Below are positions 28,080-37,111 of a DNA stretch of 64,000 bases, one piece after another; the stretch's first letter is position 1; each line of letters starts with the position of its first letter. Both the position numbers and the translations under genes were made by a program. The DNA is taken from assembly GCA_964602975.1 (NCBI GenBank), contig CAZRTH010000001.1, positions 70,303 to 134,302 of the forward strand, written 5' to 3'. The notes under the pieces are model-generated. The model saw only the letters and a list, made by a program, of their open reading frames with translations. It had not been told where the DNA came from and searched no databases. The DNA is from an uncultured Candidatus Saccharibacteria bacterium. GTDB lineage: Bacteria > Patescibacteriota > Minisyncoccia > Phycocordibacterales > JBBTRF01.

Positions 28080-29372
28080 CTATTGCTTTAGCTTGTTGAT
28101 AAACAGGACGGTGAGTAGCAAATTTACGGAGTGTACCTCAGGTGCATTCATTTGGTAGTGGGTGTTGAGGAAATTGCAATCGAGTGCCAACACCGAAAAA
28201 GGCGTGCCGTCAGAAGCTCCGTGTCCGAGCGAGTGATCGGAGATGAGTGTCGCAAAAAATGGCTGAAGGCGATCTTCAGCCGCCACCATCACAGTGCCAG
28301 GCACGAAGCATTCTTCAGAAAGGAGGGCGATCGAACCGGACACGGATGCTTGCCAATCTTTTGAAGCTTTTTTGAGTACTGGCTCAACTCGTTTTTTAGT
28401 CTCATCGGAAAGTGAATCAAGGCCGTGCATGCCAAGGACCGAGAGAGCTGTCTCTGGCGAGATCCCGGCTTCTTTTTCTAGCGCCCGTACAAAATGCTGG
28501 CTGCCCATCGGCACCGTGATCGTCTGCATCGCCACACCCTTCTTCACAATAGTGAAATCCGACACCTCGCCGTCCACGTCCACCAGCAAAAAATGCCGTG
28601 GAACCGACGCCACATCTCGAACTACGGAAAAAGTGACCATCGGGAAGGTGTGAAAATTGATAGTGGATCGACGGAAAATAGGCTGAACCACCTCTCGGAT
28701 CTGTGCGAGCAATTCCGAACCGACCACGCTGAAGTAGAGAGCGACTTCGAGCTCCTTCATTTTTTTGCCCTTTGGCCGCGAGGTTTCGTAGCCGTTCAGA
28801 GACAAAGAGACGACGTGACTTTCCACCAATTCCAGCTGCTCATGAAAACGCTCGCCGTATTCGCTGGCAGCAAAAGCATCGGCAAAAGCATTCGCTTCCT
28901 TTTTCACCAATTCATCAAGCGCCTTTTCAGAAAATAGTTCCGGAGTGTCCTTCACCTCACGGACGATCTTTGTCTGCGACAAAAACCACGGCGAAGCGAG
29001 CGTACAGTGGATCTCCCCGACCGCATCACTGCGCAATCCTCCCAGCGGAGTGAAGGTGAGATGTTGCAAACCTTCTTTTTCGAGGCGATCAACCACTTTT
29101 TTCAGCACTGTGATCGCAGCCGCTGCCATGTCCTTCCCAGGCTTGGCAGTACGATGTAGGGGAAATGTTTCTTCGCAAGAAAAGAGGATTTTCGGAACGC
29201 GGCATGTCGCGCCGGCTGTTGCCGTATTAGCCAATGTCCCCAATGCGTCGGACGCAGGCTTGGTCTCAGAACAATCGCGAATAGCGAGACCGCCAGACAC
29301 TCGCTCACCTTCAATGTGAAGAAGGATGACGGGTACTTTATCTGAATGCATGCCAAACGAGAGCCGGCTCAT
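28080..29372 (-). CDS. actin-fold (ASKHA) ATPase-like protein, FtsA/PilM-like (tentative)
   Basis: 430 aa; phosphate-1-like VILLHIEGERVSGGLAI near N-terminus and phosphate-2-like LLVDVDGEVSDFTIVKKG mid-protein; hydrophobic/basic C-terminal tail LLLTVLFINKLKQ. Confidence 0.5.
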   Translation of the reverse strand: MSRLSFGMHSDKVPVILLHIEGERVSGGLAIRDCSETKPASDALGTLANTATAGATCRVPKILFSCEETFPLHRTAKPGKDMAAAAITVLKKVVDRLEKEGLQHLTFTPLGGLRSDAVGEIHCTLASPWFLSQTKIVREVKDTPELFSEKALDELVKKEANAFADAFAASEYGERFHEQLELVESHVVSLSLNGYETSRPKGKKMKELEVALYFSVVGSELLAQIREVVQPIFRRSTINFHTFPMVTFSVVRDVASVPRHFLLVDVDGEVSDFTIVKKGVAMQTITVPMGSQHFVRALEKEAGISPETALSVLGMHGLDSLSDETKKRVEPVLKKASKDWQASVSGSIALLSEECFVPGTVMVAAEDRLQPFFATLISDHSLGHGASDGTPFSVLALDCNFLNTHYQMNAPEVHSVNLLLTVLFINKLKQ

Positions 29373-29411
29373 GGGAATATTGTATCACGAATCAGAGGCG
29401 AGCTAGCAAGA

Positions 29412-30080
29412 TCAGATCGTCCAGTTGTCCTTTGCAATCGCGCGGAGCAAAAATACTCCGTCGACCTCATCGAAGACGAGATACATCGTGGTCCAATCCA
29501 TTCCCTCGTACTGCGGGTTAAAGCCGGAATAGTGGAAAGCAACCAATTCCCGAGAACCCTTGTCAGTAAGAAGGCTGTTCTGGCTATTCCCGCTGCCCAA
29601 GGTCTTGTTCACTGCAGTGTCCGGAGCTGCCAGATAGTCGGCAGTGTTGATATATTTTTTCAAATAGTCGGCAACGGTCATATTGATCTCGTCACCCTTC
29701 CCATCAGTGTAACCGAAAAAGTGGAGCGTTTTGTCTGTGGTAATTTCCGAAACATTTTCTTTGGAGAGCGTGCTGCTCGCTAGGTTTAGATTCGGCACAT
29801 GGCGCAGAGAGAGACCATCGGGACTCACAAGCGTTTCAAGTTTGGCAAAGTCGGAAGAAGCGAGCGCTTCCAGCACCTTCTTCGACGCCGCAAAGAGACG
29901 AGCCTCTTTTTGTAGCTGCGCCTGCTGCTGCCGCTCGAGGGTCTGGCCAATTTGTTGGCCCTGATTTTGGCCGTTATTAGTAGAACCTTTTCGGCTCTGG
30001 ACAAACAGGTATCCGCTGAGCGCGATCGACGCGAAGAGAATGACGGCCACAAAGATACGAACGGCATATGAAGTCTTCAT
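29412..30080 (-). CDS. hypothetical bitopic membrane protein (~222 aa from MKTSYAV; ORF track extends to 30203)
   Basis: N-terminal TM (VRIFVAVILFASIALSGYLFV), Q-rich linker, globular C-terminal domain; TATAAT at 30092-30087 six nt before this ATG. Confidence 0.55.
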   Translation of the reverse strand: MKTSYAVRIFVAVILFASIALSGYLFVQSRKGSTNNGQNQGQQIGQTLERQQQAQLQKEARLFAASKKVLEALASSDFAKLETLVSPDGLSLRHVPNLNLASSTLSKENVSEITTDKTLHFFGYTDGKGDEINMTVADYLKKYINTADYLAAPDTAVNKTLGSGNSQNSLLTDKGSRELVAFHYSGFNPQYEGMDWTTMYLVFDEVDGVFLLRAIAKDNWTI

Positions 30081-30177
30081 GGAGTAATTATATACTTTTC
30101 TAGACAAAATAAGGAGAAGACGTATACTAAAAATGGATCCGTAATAAAACAACCGCTCACCAACGTAGATCAGAACT

Positions 30178-30624
30178 ATGAAAACTTGTTCCAAAAACGT
30201 CATCGACGAGCAACTCGAAGGACTGCTCGGTCATACAAATCCGACCTTTCTCTCGCAGCACGAATCAACCGTGGTCTCGTTCGAGAAATTGGTCTTACCC
30301 AAGCAGATCGAGGTCATGCAACTCATGGCCGAGCATATTCAGGCTCCCAATAGCGAGGTGACGCCGGAGTTGCTCGACAGGCTGATCCAAAAGTTAAATG
30401 TCGGTCGAGTAGAAGTCGCGGCAGTGCTTCCATTACTTCGACCGTTGCCGCACGAGACAAAACAGGCCGTAGCTGCAACCAACGCTGTCATCGCCATCGT
30501 CATTGAATCTGACTGTGAACTTCGTGCCATCCGCGAGTTTCAAAGGCAACAAGAGGAGCATCAGTATGCTCAACCAACGCCGGCCAGATCTCGTTACGAT
30601 CCGAAAATGCGCCGACTGCCGTAA
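30178..30624 (+). CDS. hypothetical protein (148 aa)
   Basis: ORF with coding-like codon bias; terminator hairpin downstream. Confidence 0.4.
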   Translation: MKTCSKNVIDEQLEGLLGHTNPTFLSQHESTVVSFEKLVLPKQIEVMQLMAEHIQAPNSEVTPELLDRLIQKLNVGRVEVAAVLPLLRPLPHETKQAVAATNAVIAIVIESDCELRAIREFQRQQEEHQYAQPTPARSRYDPKMRRLP

Positions 30625-30665
30625 CTCCTAGCACCTTATAAAAAATATCTTCGGAACAGATCGAG

Positions 30666-30690
30666 CCACCCTAACCCGGTGGTCTTTTTA
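30666..30690 (+). terminator. rho-independent terminator candidate CCACC-ctaaccc-GGTGG-TCTTTTTATT between convergent genes
   Basis: 5-bp GC stem plus T-run after stop of 30178-30624; alaS ends 27 nt away on other strand. Confidence 0.45.
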
Positions 30691-30716
30691 TTATAAAAAT
30701 TTAGCGAAAAAGAATG

Positions 30717-32600
30717 CTAGCCCAGCACCGCCTTGATGCGTCGCACGCCGGCAGATACCGCCTCTTCTTTGGTGATCTTGAATTTCCAAACTCCGGCCGG
30801 ACCGGCGAGCTCCTTGGTGTTCTTCACGTGAGGGCCACCACAGAATTCTTTTGAGTAGGCGGTGCGCACAGCGTCGGCGACAGAAGCCGCACCGGTACCG
30901 TCTGCCTCACCACCAATATAATAGACGGTCACCTTGTCGCCGTATTTGTCGCCAAAGAAATGCAGCGCACCCAGTTTTTCCGCTTCAGCCTTCGGGAGTT
31001 CAGCGACCTGCATCGGCAGCGCTGCCGCGATCTTTTCATTCACGATCGCCTCCACGCGCTTTTTCTCATCATCGGTCATCTTGGCACCGTGAGCAAAGTC
31101 AAAGCGAAGACGTTCAGCGGTGATGTTGCTTCCCTTCTGCTGCACCTGCGTGCCGAGCACATCTCGCAACGCCTGATGGAGCAGGTGCGTGGCGGTGTGA
31201 TATTTCACTGACATCTCATCGGTGTCGGCGAGACCACCCTTGAACTTCTGCGCTGCGCCAGCACGAGAAAGCTCTTGATGGGCTTTCATTTTTGCTTCAA
31301 ATTCTGCGATATCTACTTTTTTGCCAGATTCCTTGGCCAACTCAACCGTCAATTCTAGAGGAAAACCGTATGATGAAAAAAGTGTGAAGGCATCGGTACC
31401 CTTTTCAAATTCCTTCAGACCGTTTTTGAGCGTCTCGCGAAACTTACTTTCCTCTTTGTCGATCTCTTTCTTGATATGTTCCGCTTTCTCGAGAAGATTT
31501 CCGTACACTGGACCAAACTTTTCGATCACCGCACCGGCGATCCAGAAAAGCGAGCCAGGCTTCATGCCGAGCAAGTCGGCAAAGCGCACTACTCGCCTGA
31601 GCAAGCGGCGCAGAATATATCCTTGATCAGTGTTCGAAGGCAGAACACCATCGCTGATGAGAAATACTGCTGTGCGAAGGTGATCCGCGACAATTCTTTT
31701 TGCTCGCATATTATCTGCCGTCGAGAATTCATCGATCTTCCCCATGATCGTATCAAAGAGATCCGTATCAAAAACACTCTGCACTTTCGGGTTCTCCAAT
31801 CGCTGCAGCACCATACAGAGGCGCTCGAGGCCGGCGCCGGTATCAACATTCTTCTGCGCGAGCTTGCCGACGATCTTGCCCTCGCGTTTCTCAAACTCCA
31901 TGAACACATCGTTCCAGATCTCCACCACCTGTTGCTTCTCATCGGCCTCGTTGTATTGCTCGATGGTCAGATCGCCGAGACCTTTTTCGGTCACGTCATA
32001 GAACATCTCAGAGCACGGGCCGGTCGGGCCGGTCCAGCCGTCGCGCGTCTCGCCGCTCGCGGTCTTCTTCACTGCGGGCCACCAGTTGGAATCAGCGCCT
32101 TTGAAATAGATGCGATGCTCAGGCATGCCCACTTTCTTCCAGATCTCAAATGCCTCAGTGTCGCGCGGCACACCCGCCTTCTCATCGCCTTCAAACACGG
32201 TCACATAGAGACGGGCCGGATCGAGACCGAGTCCCTCTGTCTTGCTTGTGAGGAATTCGTAGCTCCACTTGATCGCGTCCTCCTTGAAATATCCGCCGAC
32301 TGACTCATCTCCGAGCGACCAGTTGCCGAGCATTTCAAAGAAGGTGCAGTGAGTGCTATCGCCGACCTCGTCGATGTCGATGGTGCGCACGCATTTCTGC
32401 GAGTCGGCTAGGCGCACACCGGATGGATGTTTGCCGCCCATTAGGTACGGCACAAGCGGCTGCATGCCCGCGGTGTTGAAGAGCGTTGTGTTGGTCGCAC
32501 TTGTCTCACTATTTGCGAGCAACGAATACGACGGGATGATGACATGACCCCTCTTCTCGAAGAATCTGAGGAATCGGCTACGAATGTCGTGAGATTTCAT
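30717..32600 (-). CDS. alaS: alanine--tRNA ligase, truncated form lacking C-Ala domain
   Basis: 627 aa; catalytic N-terminus ...FFEKRGH..., editing domain HTATHLLHQALR...CGGPHV; ends right after editing domain. Confidence 0.9.
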   Translation of the reverse strand: MKSHDIRSRFLRFFEKRGHVIIPSYSLLANSETSATNTTLFNTAGMQPLVPYLMGGKHPSGVRLADSQKCVRTIDIDEVGDSTHCTFFEMLGNWSLGDESVGGYFKEDAIKWSYEFLTSKTEGLGLDPARLYVTVFEGDEKAGVPRDTEAFEIWKKVGMPEHRIYFKGADSNWWPAVKKTASGETRDGWTGPTGPCSEMFYDVTEKGLGDLTIEQYNEADEKQQVVEIWNDVFMEFEKREGKIVGKLAQKNVDTGAGLERLCMVLQRLENPKVQSVFDTDLFDTIMGKIDEFSTADNMRAKRIVADHLRTAVFLISDGVLPSNTDQGYILRRLLRRVVRFADLLGMKPGSLFWIAGAVIEKFGPVYGNLLEKAEHIKKEIDKEESKFRETLKNGLKEFEKGTDAFTLFSSYGFPLELTVELAKESGKKVDIAEFEAKMKAHQELSRAGAAQKFKGGLADTDEMSVKYHTATHLLHQALRDVLGTQVQQKGSNITAERLRFDFAHGAKMTDDEKKRVEAIVNEKIAAALPMQVAELPKAEAEKLGALHFFGDKYGDKVTVYYIGGEADGTGAASVADAVRTAYSKEFCGGPHVKNTKELAGPAGVWKFKITKEEAVSAGVRRIKAVLG

Positions 32601-32702
32601 TGTTTTGCAGTTTTACGCGTTTTCTCGACAGGCGTATGCCCGCGAGCGTTCAGTCGCACCATAGTAGCAAAAAAGCCGAAAATCGGCCATTTTGGGAGGG
32701 TA

Positions 32703-32732
32703 TTGACACTGTGGCTATATTTGGTGTATAAT
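32703..32732 (+). promoter_or_regulatory. sigma70 promoter TTGACA-18-TATAAT
   Basis: consensus hexamers ~48 nt upstream of 32780 ORF. Confidence 0.55.
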
Positions 32733-32779
32733 ACTGGTTAGAAAGGCGGGCTGACAAACAACAGCTCGAACAGTTACAG

Positions 32780-33253
32780 ATGAATACTCCGACTCCAAAC
32801 CCGACCCAGCGCAAAAAAGGCATCTTTATCTCTCCGGCAGAGATAGTCCTCCTGTTGGCTGTGATCGGCCTCGTTTACCTGATCGGAAACGCCCTAGTGG
32901 GACAGCTCATGGATTCCGCGAAGCGGAACGTCTATGCCGAGCCCCTCTACCGCGACGGCATCACGCCAGCGGCGAACTCAGATGACGGCTTCACCGGCGA
33001 GATCATCAAGTTGGTAACGCCGACGAAAAGCAAGGTCGTAATGCTCGGCATACGGCAGTCCGTGCAACCCGACAGTGAGACCAACATCAACGTCAGAAAT
33101 GCGGTTTTCTTCGCCATCGGCGACGATACGATGCAGGTCGGCGACAAGGTCCACGTCAAAAAGTATTGGCACGTGCCACACAACCAAGGCGCTCAGAGCT
33201 ACAGCCTCTGGATGGCCATGAGGATCGGCGGCGAAATCACAAACAAGCGTTGA
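32780..33253 (+). CDS. hypothetical small exported/anchored protein with pilin-like N-terminus
   Basis: 157 aa; QRKKG|IFISPAEIVLLLAVIGLVYLI resembles a divergent class III (prepilin-type) signal; own promoter and terminator. Confidence 0.5.
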   Translation: MNTPTPNPTQRKKGIFISPAEIVLLLAVIGLVYLIGNALVGQLMDSAKRNVYAEPLYRDGITPAANSDDGFTGEIIKLVTPTKSKVVMLGIRQSVQPDSETNINVRNAVFFAIGDDTMQVGDKVHVKKYWHVPHNQGAQSYSLWMAMRIGGEITNKR

Positions 33254-33323
33254 TGCTGTCACTACCGACACCAACATCAACCGGAGTTACGCTGACTACC
33301 TCCTCAAAAAATTGTCAGGCAAA

Positions 33324-33347
33324 CCGCAGAGAACCTGTGGTTTTTTT
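33324..33347 (+). terminator. rho-independent terminator CCGCAG-agaac-CTGTGG-TTTTTTT
   Basis: 6-bp stem (one G-U) plus 7 T after 32780-33253. Confidence 0.5.
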
Positions 33348-33434
33348 GTTATATTTCCAGCTTTCATCCGTCTCACTCATTTGCACAGGGCAGTGTAGAA
33401 TGATCCATATATATTATTTTTTAATATTACATTT

Positions 33435-33857
33435 ATGAAAAATTTAAACCCCTATCTACGATTCAATGACGGTAAGTGTCGCGAAGCGATGACCTTTTAC
33501 AAAGACTGTCTTGGAGGAGAGCTCACCTTCCAAACGATCGGCGAATCCCCCATGGCCAAGGAGATGCCTGCCGACAAGGGCGGACTCATCATGCACGCAG
33601 GACTCAAGAACGGCCCGATCGAGTTCTTTGCTTCCGATATGATGCGAGACAAAGCGACGGTCGGCGACAACATCGCCATGGCGATCAATGTCACGGACGA
33701 AAAAGAGGCGCGAAAGATCTTCGAAAATCTATCCCGAGGAGGCGAAGTGTTCATGCCGCTCGAGAAGGCATTCTGGGGAGCACTGTTCGGAGTCGTGACA
33801 GACAAATACGGGATCGAGTGGATGGTCAACTGCGGCCTTCCGATTGATCAGAAATAA
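33435..33857 (+). CDS. VOC-family (glyoxalase/bleomycin-resistance fold, PhnB-like) protein
   Basis: 140 aa; paired beta-alpha-beta-beta-beta modules typical of PhnB/YjdN-like proteins. Confidence 0.7.
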   Translation: MKNLNPYLRFNDGKCREAMTFYKDCLGGELTFQTIGESPMAKEMPADKGGLIMHAGLKNGPIEFFASDMMRDKATVGDNIAMAINVTDEKEARKIFENLSRGGEVFMPLEKAFWGALFGVVTDKYGIEWMVNCGLPIDQK

Positions 33858-33881
33858 ATAAGACCCAGCGTTCGCTCGCGA

Positions 33882-35693
33882 TTACTTTATCATCCCCGCA
33901 CCTTTCGCGAGCTTCTCGAGGCGTACGATGTCTTCCTCGATGGCGCGAATGCCGTCGGCAAAGAATTCCGGCTTAGTGACATCGATGCCGATATCCTTGA
34001 AAATATCCTCCGGTGACTTGCTGCCACCGGCACTCAAAAACTGCTCGATCTTCTTCAGGTAGCTCTTGTCCGCCTTGTATCGCTGATACAGTGCGCGCGA
34101 GATCAGGAACCCATAGGCATACGAATACACGTAGAAGAATCGGCGAATATGTCCCCAGGTGACAAAGAAGTAGCCGTCATTTTCCACGAGCTTCATCACC
34201 GGACCGAGGTAGGCTCCCATGTGGACGTTGAGCACCTCGGCGATCTCCTTGCGAGTGAGCGAACCTTTCTCGCGAATAGCGCCGTGCAATGCGAGTTCAA
34301 AGTTGAAACAAGCGATCTGTCGGAAGACCGTGGACATGGCATCATTGATGCGATCATGAAGTGCGAAGATCTTCTCCTTCTCGGACAATTTCTCGAAGAT
34401 CTCCTCGAAAACGAAGTTTTCAAACAACGTGCTTGCGGTCTCCGCGACAGAATAGGAATACCCCTGGTACAACACTGGCTGTGCATCACTGAGCTCGCTG
34501 TGAAATGCGTGCCCCATCTCGTGTCCGAAGGTCATCACCGAGTCGAGCGTGTCGGAGTGGTTGAGTAGCACGAAGGTCGGATTGTTCACCGATGAAGAGC
34601 AGAACGCCCCGCCCTCCTTCCCCTTTTTCGGAAACGCGTCGATCTGTCCGCTCTGCAAATACTTCTTCAGGATCTGCGGGTACTTGGCGTCGACTTTGCC
34701 AAAGGAGGTCATGAGGATGTCCACCGATTCGCCAAACGGCACCTTGCGAGAGATCTTGCCGAGATCGGCACCGCGATCGGCATACTCGAGCGTCTTGAGC
34801 TTGAGGAGTTTCGCCTTCAAAGCATAGAAGCGATGTGCCACCGGGAAATATCTCGTGACCGTGTTCACCAGATTCTCCACTGTCTGCGGATCATTCTGAT
34901 ATCCAAGCACTGTGCCGGCATACGGCTTGGCGAAACCGCGGAGCTCGTCGTTGATCTTCTTGTCGGTGTAGATGGCGTTGATCTCGGCTTCAGAAAAGTA
35001 GCTGATCTCTTTCAACTTGGCAGTGATGATACTCCAGAGCTTGCGGCGGAGTGTGACAGGCAGACTGGCCACCTTGTTGAGCGCCTCGGCAAGGGGCATC
35101 TCCTTTCCTTGGAATCGCACGGTCTGCACATTGAGCAACTTCTCCTGACCATCGGTCCAGAGCGAGTGTGCTGGCAATGACTTCAAGCTCATGATCTTCT
35201 CCTCGGCTTCGGAGAGATTGTACTTGGCGGTATCGAATATCTGCTTCAAGAAATAGCGGAAATGCGCGAGTTGCTTGCTCGCAAGAAATTCTTTCTGCTT
35301 TGCAGATTCGATCTTGGCCAGACGAAGACAGAAGAACAAGATAGTGTTCCCCGCTTTCGTGAGTCGGCTGATGAGTAGGTTGAGCTTGGCATCAGCCACT
35401 GCGTCCTCGCTGTTGAGATATTTGCTGTATGAAAAATACAAGCCCGGGCGATACGAGTCCGCTTGCTCGCTGAGCTTCTCCCAGTCGGTGAGCGCTTCGA
35501 AGAGTACCGCTTCGTTCGTGAGATAGTCGTTGCGAGCAGAATACTTTTTCGCGAAAACGGCATAGGCGGCCTCGAGAGCCTTGGTATCCGCCTCGATGCG
35601 TGGGTCCTCGTGAGACGAATAGAGGAGGCCGAGATTCCACTCAGTTTTGAATGCGGGCGACTCTTTCTTTGCGGGTTTCTTTGCGGATTTCAT
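33882..35693 (-). CDS. pepF: oligoendopeptidase F (M3B family)
   Basis: 603 aa; zinc motif HEMGHAFH and downstream E; overall M3 architecture. Confidence 0.9.
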   Translation of the reverse strand: MKSAKKPAKKESPAFKTEWNLGLLYSSHEDPRIEADTKALEAAYAVFAKKYSARNDYLTNEAVLFEALTDWEKLSEQADSYRPGLYFSYSKYLNSEDAVADAKLNLLISRLTKAGNTILFFCLRLAKIESAKQKEFLASKQLAHFRYFLKQIFDTAKYNLSEAEEKIMSLKSLPAHSLWTDGQEKLLNVQTVRFQGKEMPLAEALNKVASLPVTLRRKLWSIITAKLKEISYFSEAEINAIYTDKKINDELRGFAKPYAGTVLGYQNDPQTVENLVNTVTRYFPVAHRFYALKAKLLKLKTLEYADRGADLGKISRKVPFGESVDILMTSFGKVDAKYPQILKKYLQSGQIDAFPKKGKEGGAFCSSSVNNPTFVLLNHSDTLDSVMTFGHEMGHAFHSELSDAQPVLYQGYSYSVAETASTLFENFVFEEIFEKLSEKEKIFALHDRINDAMSTVFRQIACFNFELALHGAIREKGSLTRKEIAEVLNVHMGAYLGPVMKLVENDGYFFVTWGHIRRFFYVYSYAYGFLISRALYQRYKADKSYLKKIEQFLSAGGSKSPEDIFKDIGIDVTKPEFFADGIRAIEEDIVRLEKLAKGAGMIK

Positions 35694-35742
35694 GCCCTAC
35701 ACTATACGCCAAAGATGCCCAAAAACAAATTATTGAAGAAAG

Positions 35743-36579
35743 TTAGCACAACGTCGCCAACTCCTCCTTCACTTCGCTGATCTTGCCGGTCGAAAGTCCC
35801 ATTGAGCTCAATATGGAGGTGTCAGCACTGAGCGATTTACACAACACAATACCCCTCTTGAACAATTCCTGGCGATGACTGTCGGTGAGAGAGTTGATGC
35901 AGGTGAGCGGATGAAGACCGCTTTCTTCGATCCATTGTTCGAGATTGCCTTTTTCTGGGTAGTTCCAACCGATCATTTTCAGGCCGGCACAGCGACCGTA
36001 GTCGATGGCGGTTTGGGTGAATTTTGTGTTGGTGATCAAACAGCCCTCGCCGAAGGCGCGCTTCTTGCCGCCGTAGTTGAACAACTGCGAACGCAAGTCA
36101 TCGAAGCGCGCCTTCACGTACAAGGCCACTTTCAGATCGGTCTTGAAGCCCAGTTCATTGTGAAATTTCAGCTCACAAAGAACAAGCTGAGCATCGTTAT
36201 ATGCCACCACATCCACTTCATGCGGGACGCAGGCGCCCTGCACTGTTTGATCGGTGAGCGCTTGATACCCTTTGGCACGAAACACCTCGGCGATGAACTT
36301 CTCAAAAGGAAAGCCGGTGGGTCCGAGACCGATGAGGGCGCGGCGAAGAGAATACTTCGCCGCCACCGGCTTTTGATGTTCGCGGAGCAGATTGAAAGCG
36401 TGTCGATAGATATCGCTGGTCGTGATACCAGGCACTATTTCTCGCTCGACGTGCTCGACGATCCTCGCGATCACGGCATCGCTAGTACCGACTCGCTTGA
36501 GCGAATACGCCAATTTCTCGGGACGGAAAGACTCGCTGGTGCCATCCGCCTTCAGAATATTGATCTGCTGAGAAGACAT
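35743..36579 (-). CDS. ATP-cone domain fused to Mrr-like (PD-D/ExK) restriction-endonuclease domain
   Basis: 278 aa; N-terminal ATP-cone-like ~90 aa (ILKADGTSESFRPEKLAYSL...), C-terminal ...GFPFEKFIAEVFRAKGY...VDVVAY..LCELKFH. Confidence 0.6.
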   Translation of the reverse strand: MSSQQINILKADGTSESFRPEKLAYSLKRVGTSDAVIARIVEHVEREIVPGITTSDIYRHAFNLLREHQKPVAAKYSLRRALIGLGPTGFPFEKFIAEVFRAKGYQALTDQTVQGACVPHEVDVVAYNDAQLVLCELKFHNELGFKTDLKVALYVKARFDDLRSQLFNYGGKKRAFGEGCLITNTKFTQTAIDYGRCAGLKMIGWNYPEKGNLEQWIEESGLHPLTCINSLTDSHRQELFKRGIVLCKSLSADTSILSSMGLSTGKISEVKEELATLC

Positions 36580-36596
36580 TCTCCCTATTCCTCAGA

Positions 36597-37073
36597 CTAG
36601 CCCTTAATGTTGATATTGAAGCTGTTGAGATCCTGATTTGCCGGCACTTCAAACAAATTCAAGCGGAGCTTCTTGCCATTCAATGTTCCTGAAATAACGA
36701 TCTGAGGCATTGCTTCAAACGAGACCTTGAACGGCTTCGATGTCACGACTTGCGCACACATATCGGCAGTGGACACAGAGGTGAACACGAGCGTGTAGGC
36801 AGTGGTGCTGTTGGCATCTTTTGAGTAACCACTGGTCAAATTGTGACAAGGAGTTGGAAGATCGATCTCGCCAACGTAGACATGGCGGCCGTCTTTAAAT
36901 TGATGCTTGACGTTCACCATTTGCACGTAGTCATCCTGTGTTGTCGGAGGAGTGTTCGTATCTGTCGTCTTAGGCGCATTTGGAGTAGCAAGCCAATAAA
37001 TGCCGAGGGCGAGGAGAACGATAACAACGACGCCAACGATCCAGGCTGTCATTGAATTTTTATTTGATTCCAT
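36597..37073 (-). CDS. hypothetical small membrane-anchored/secreted protein (158 aa)
   Basis: N-terminal TM/signal AWIVGVVVIVLLALGIYWLA then T/P-rich linker. Confidence 0.5.
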   Translation of the reverse strand: MESNKNSMTAWIVGVVVIVLLALGIYWLATPNAPKTTDTNTPPTTQDDYVQMVNVKHQFKDGRHVYVGEIDLPTPCHNLTSGYSKDANSTTAYTLVFTSVSTADMCAQVVTSKPFKVSFEAMPQIVISGTLNGKKLRLNLFEVPANQDLNSFNINIKG

Positions 37074-37111
37074 ATGCGTTTGAAAATAGTGTTGAGTGGA
37101 TAATACCCCTA

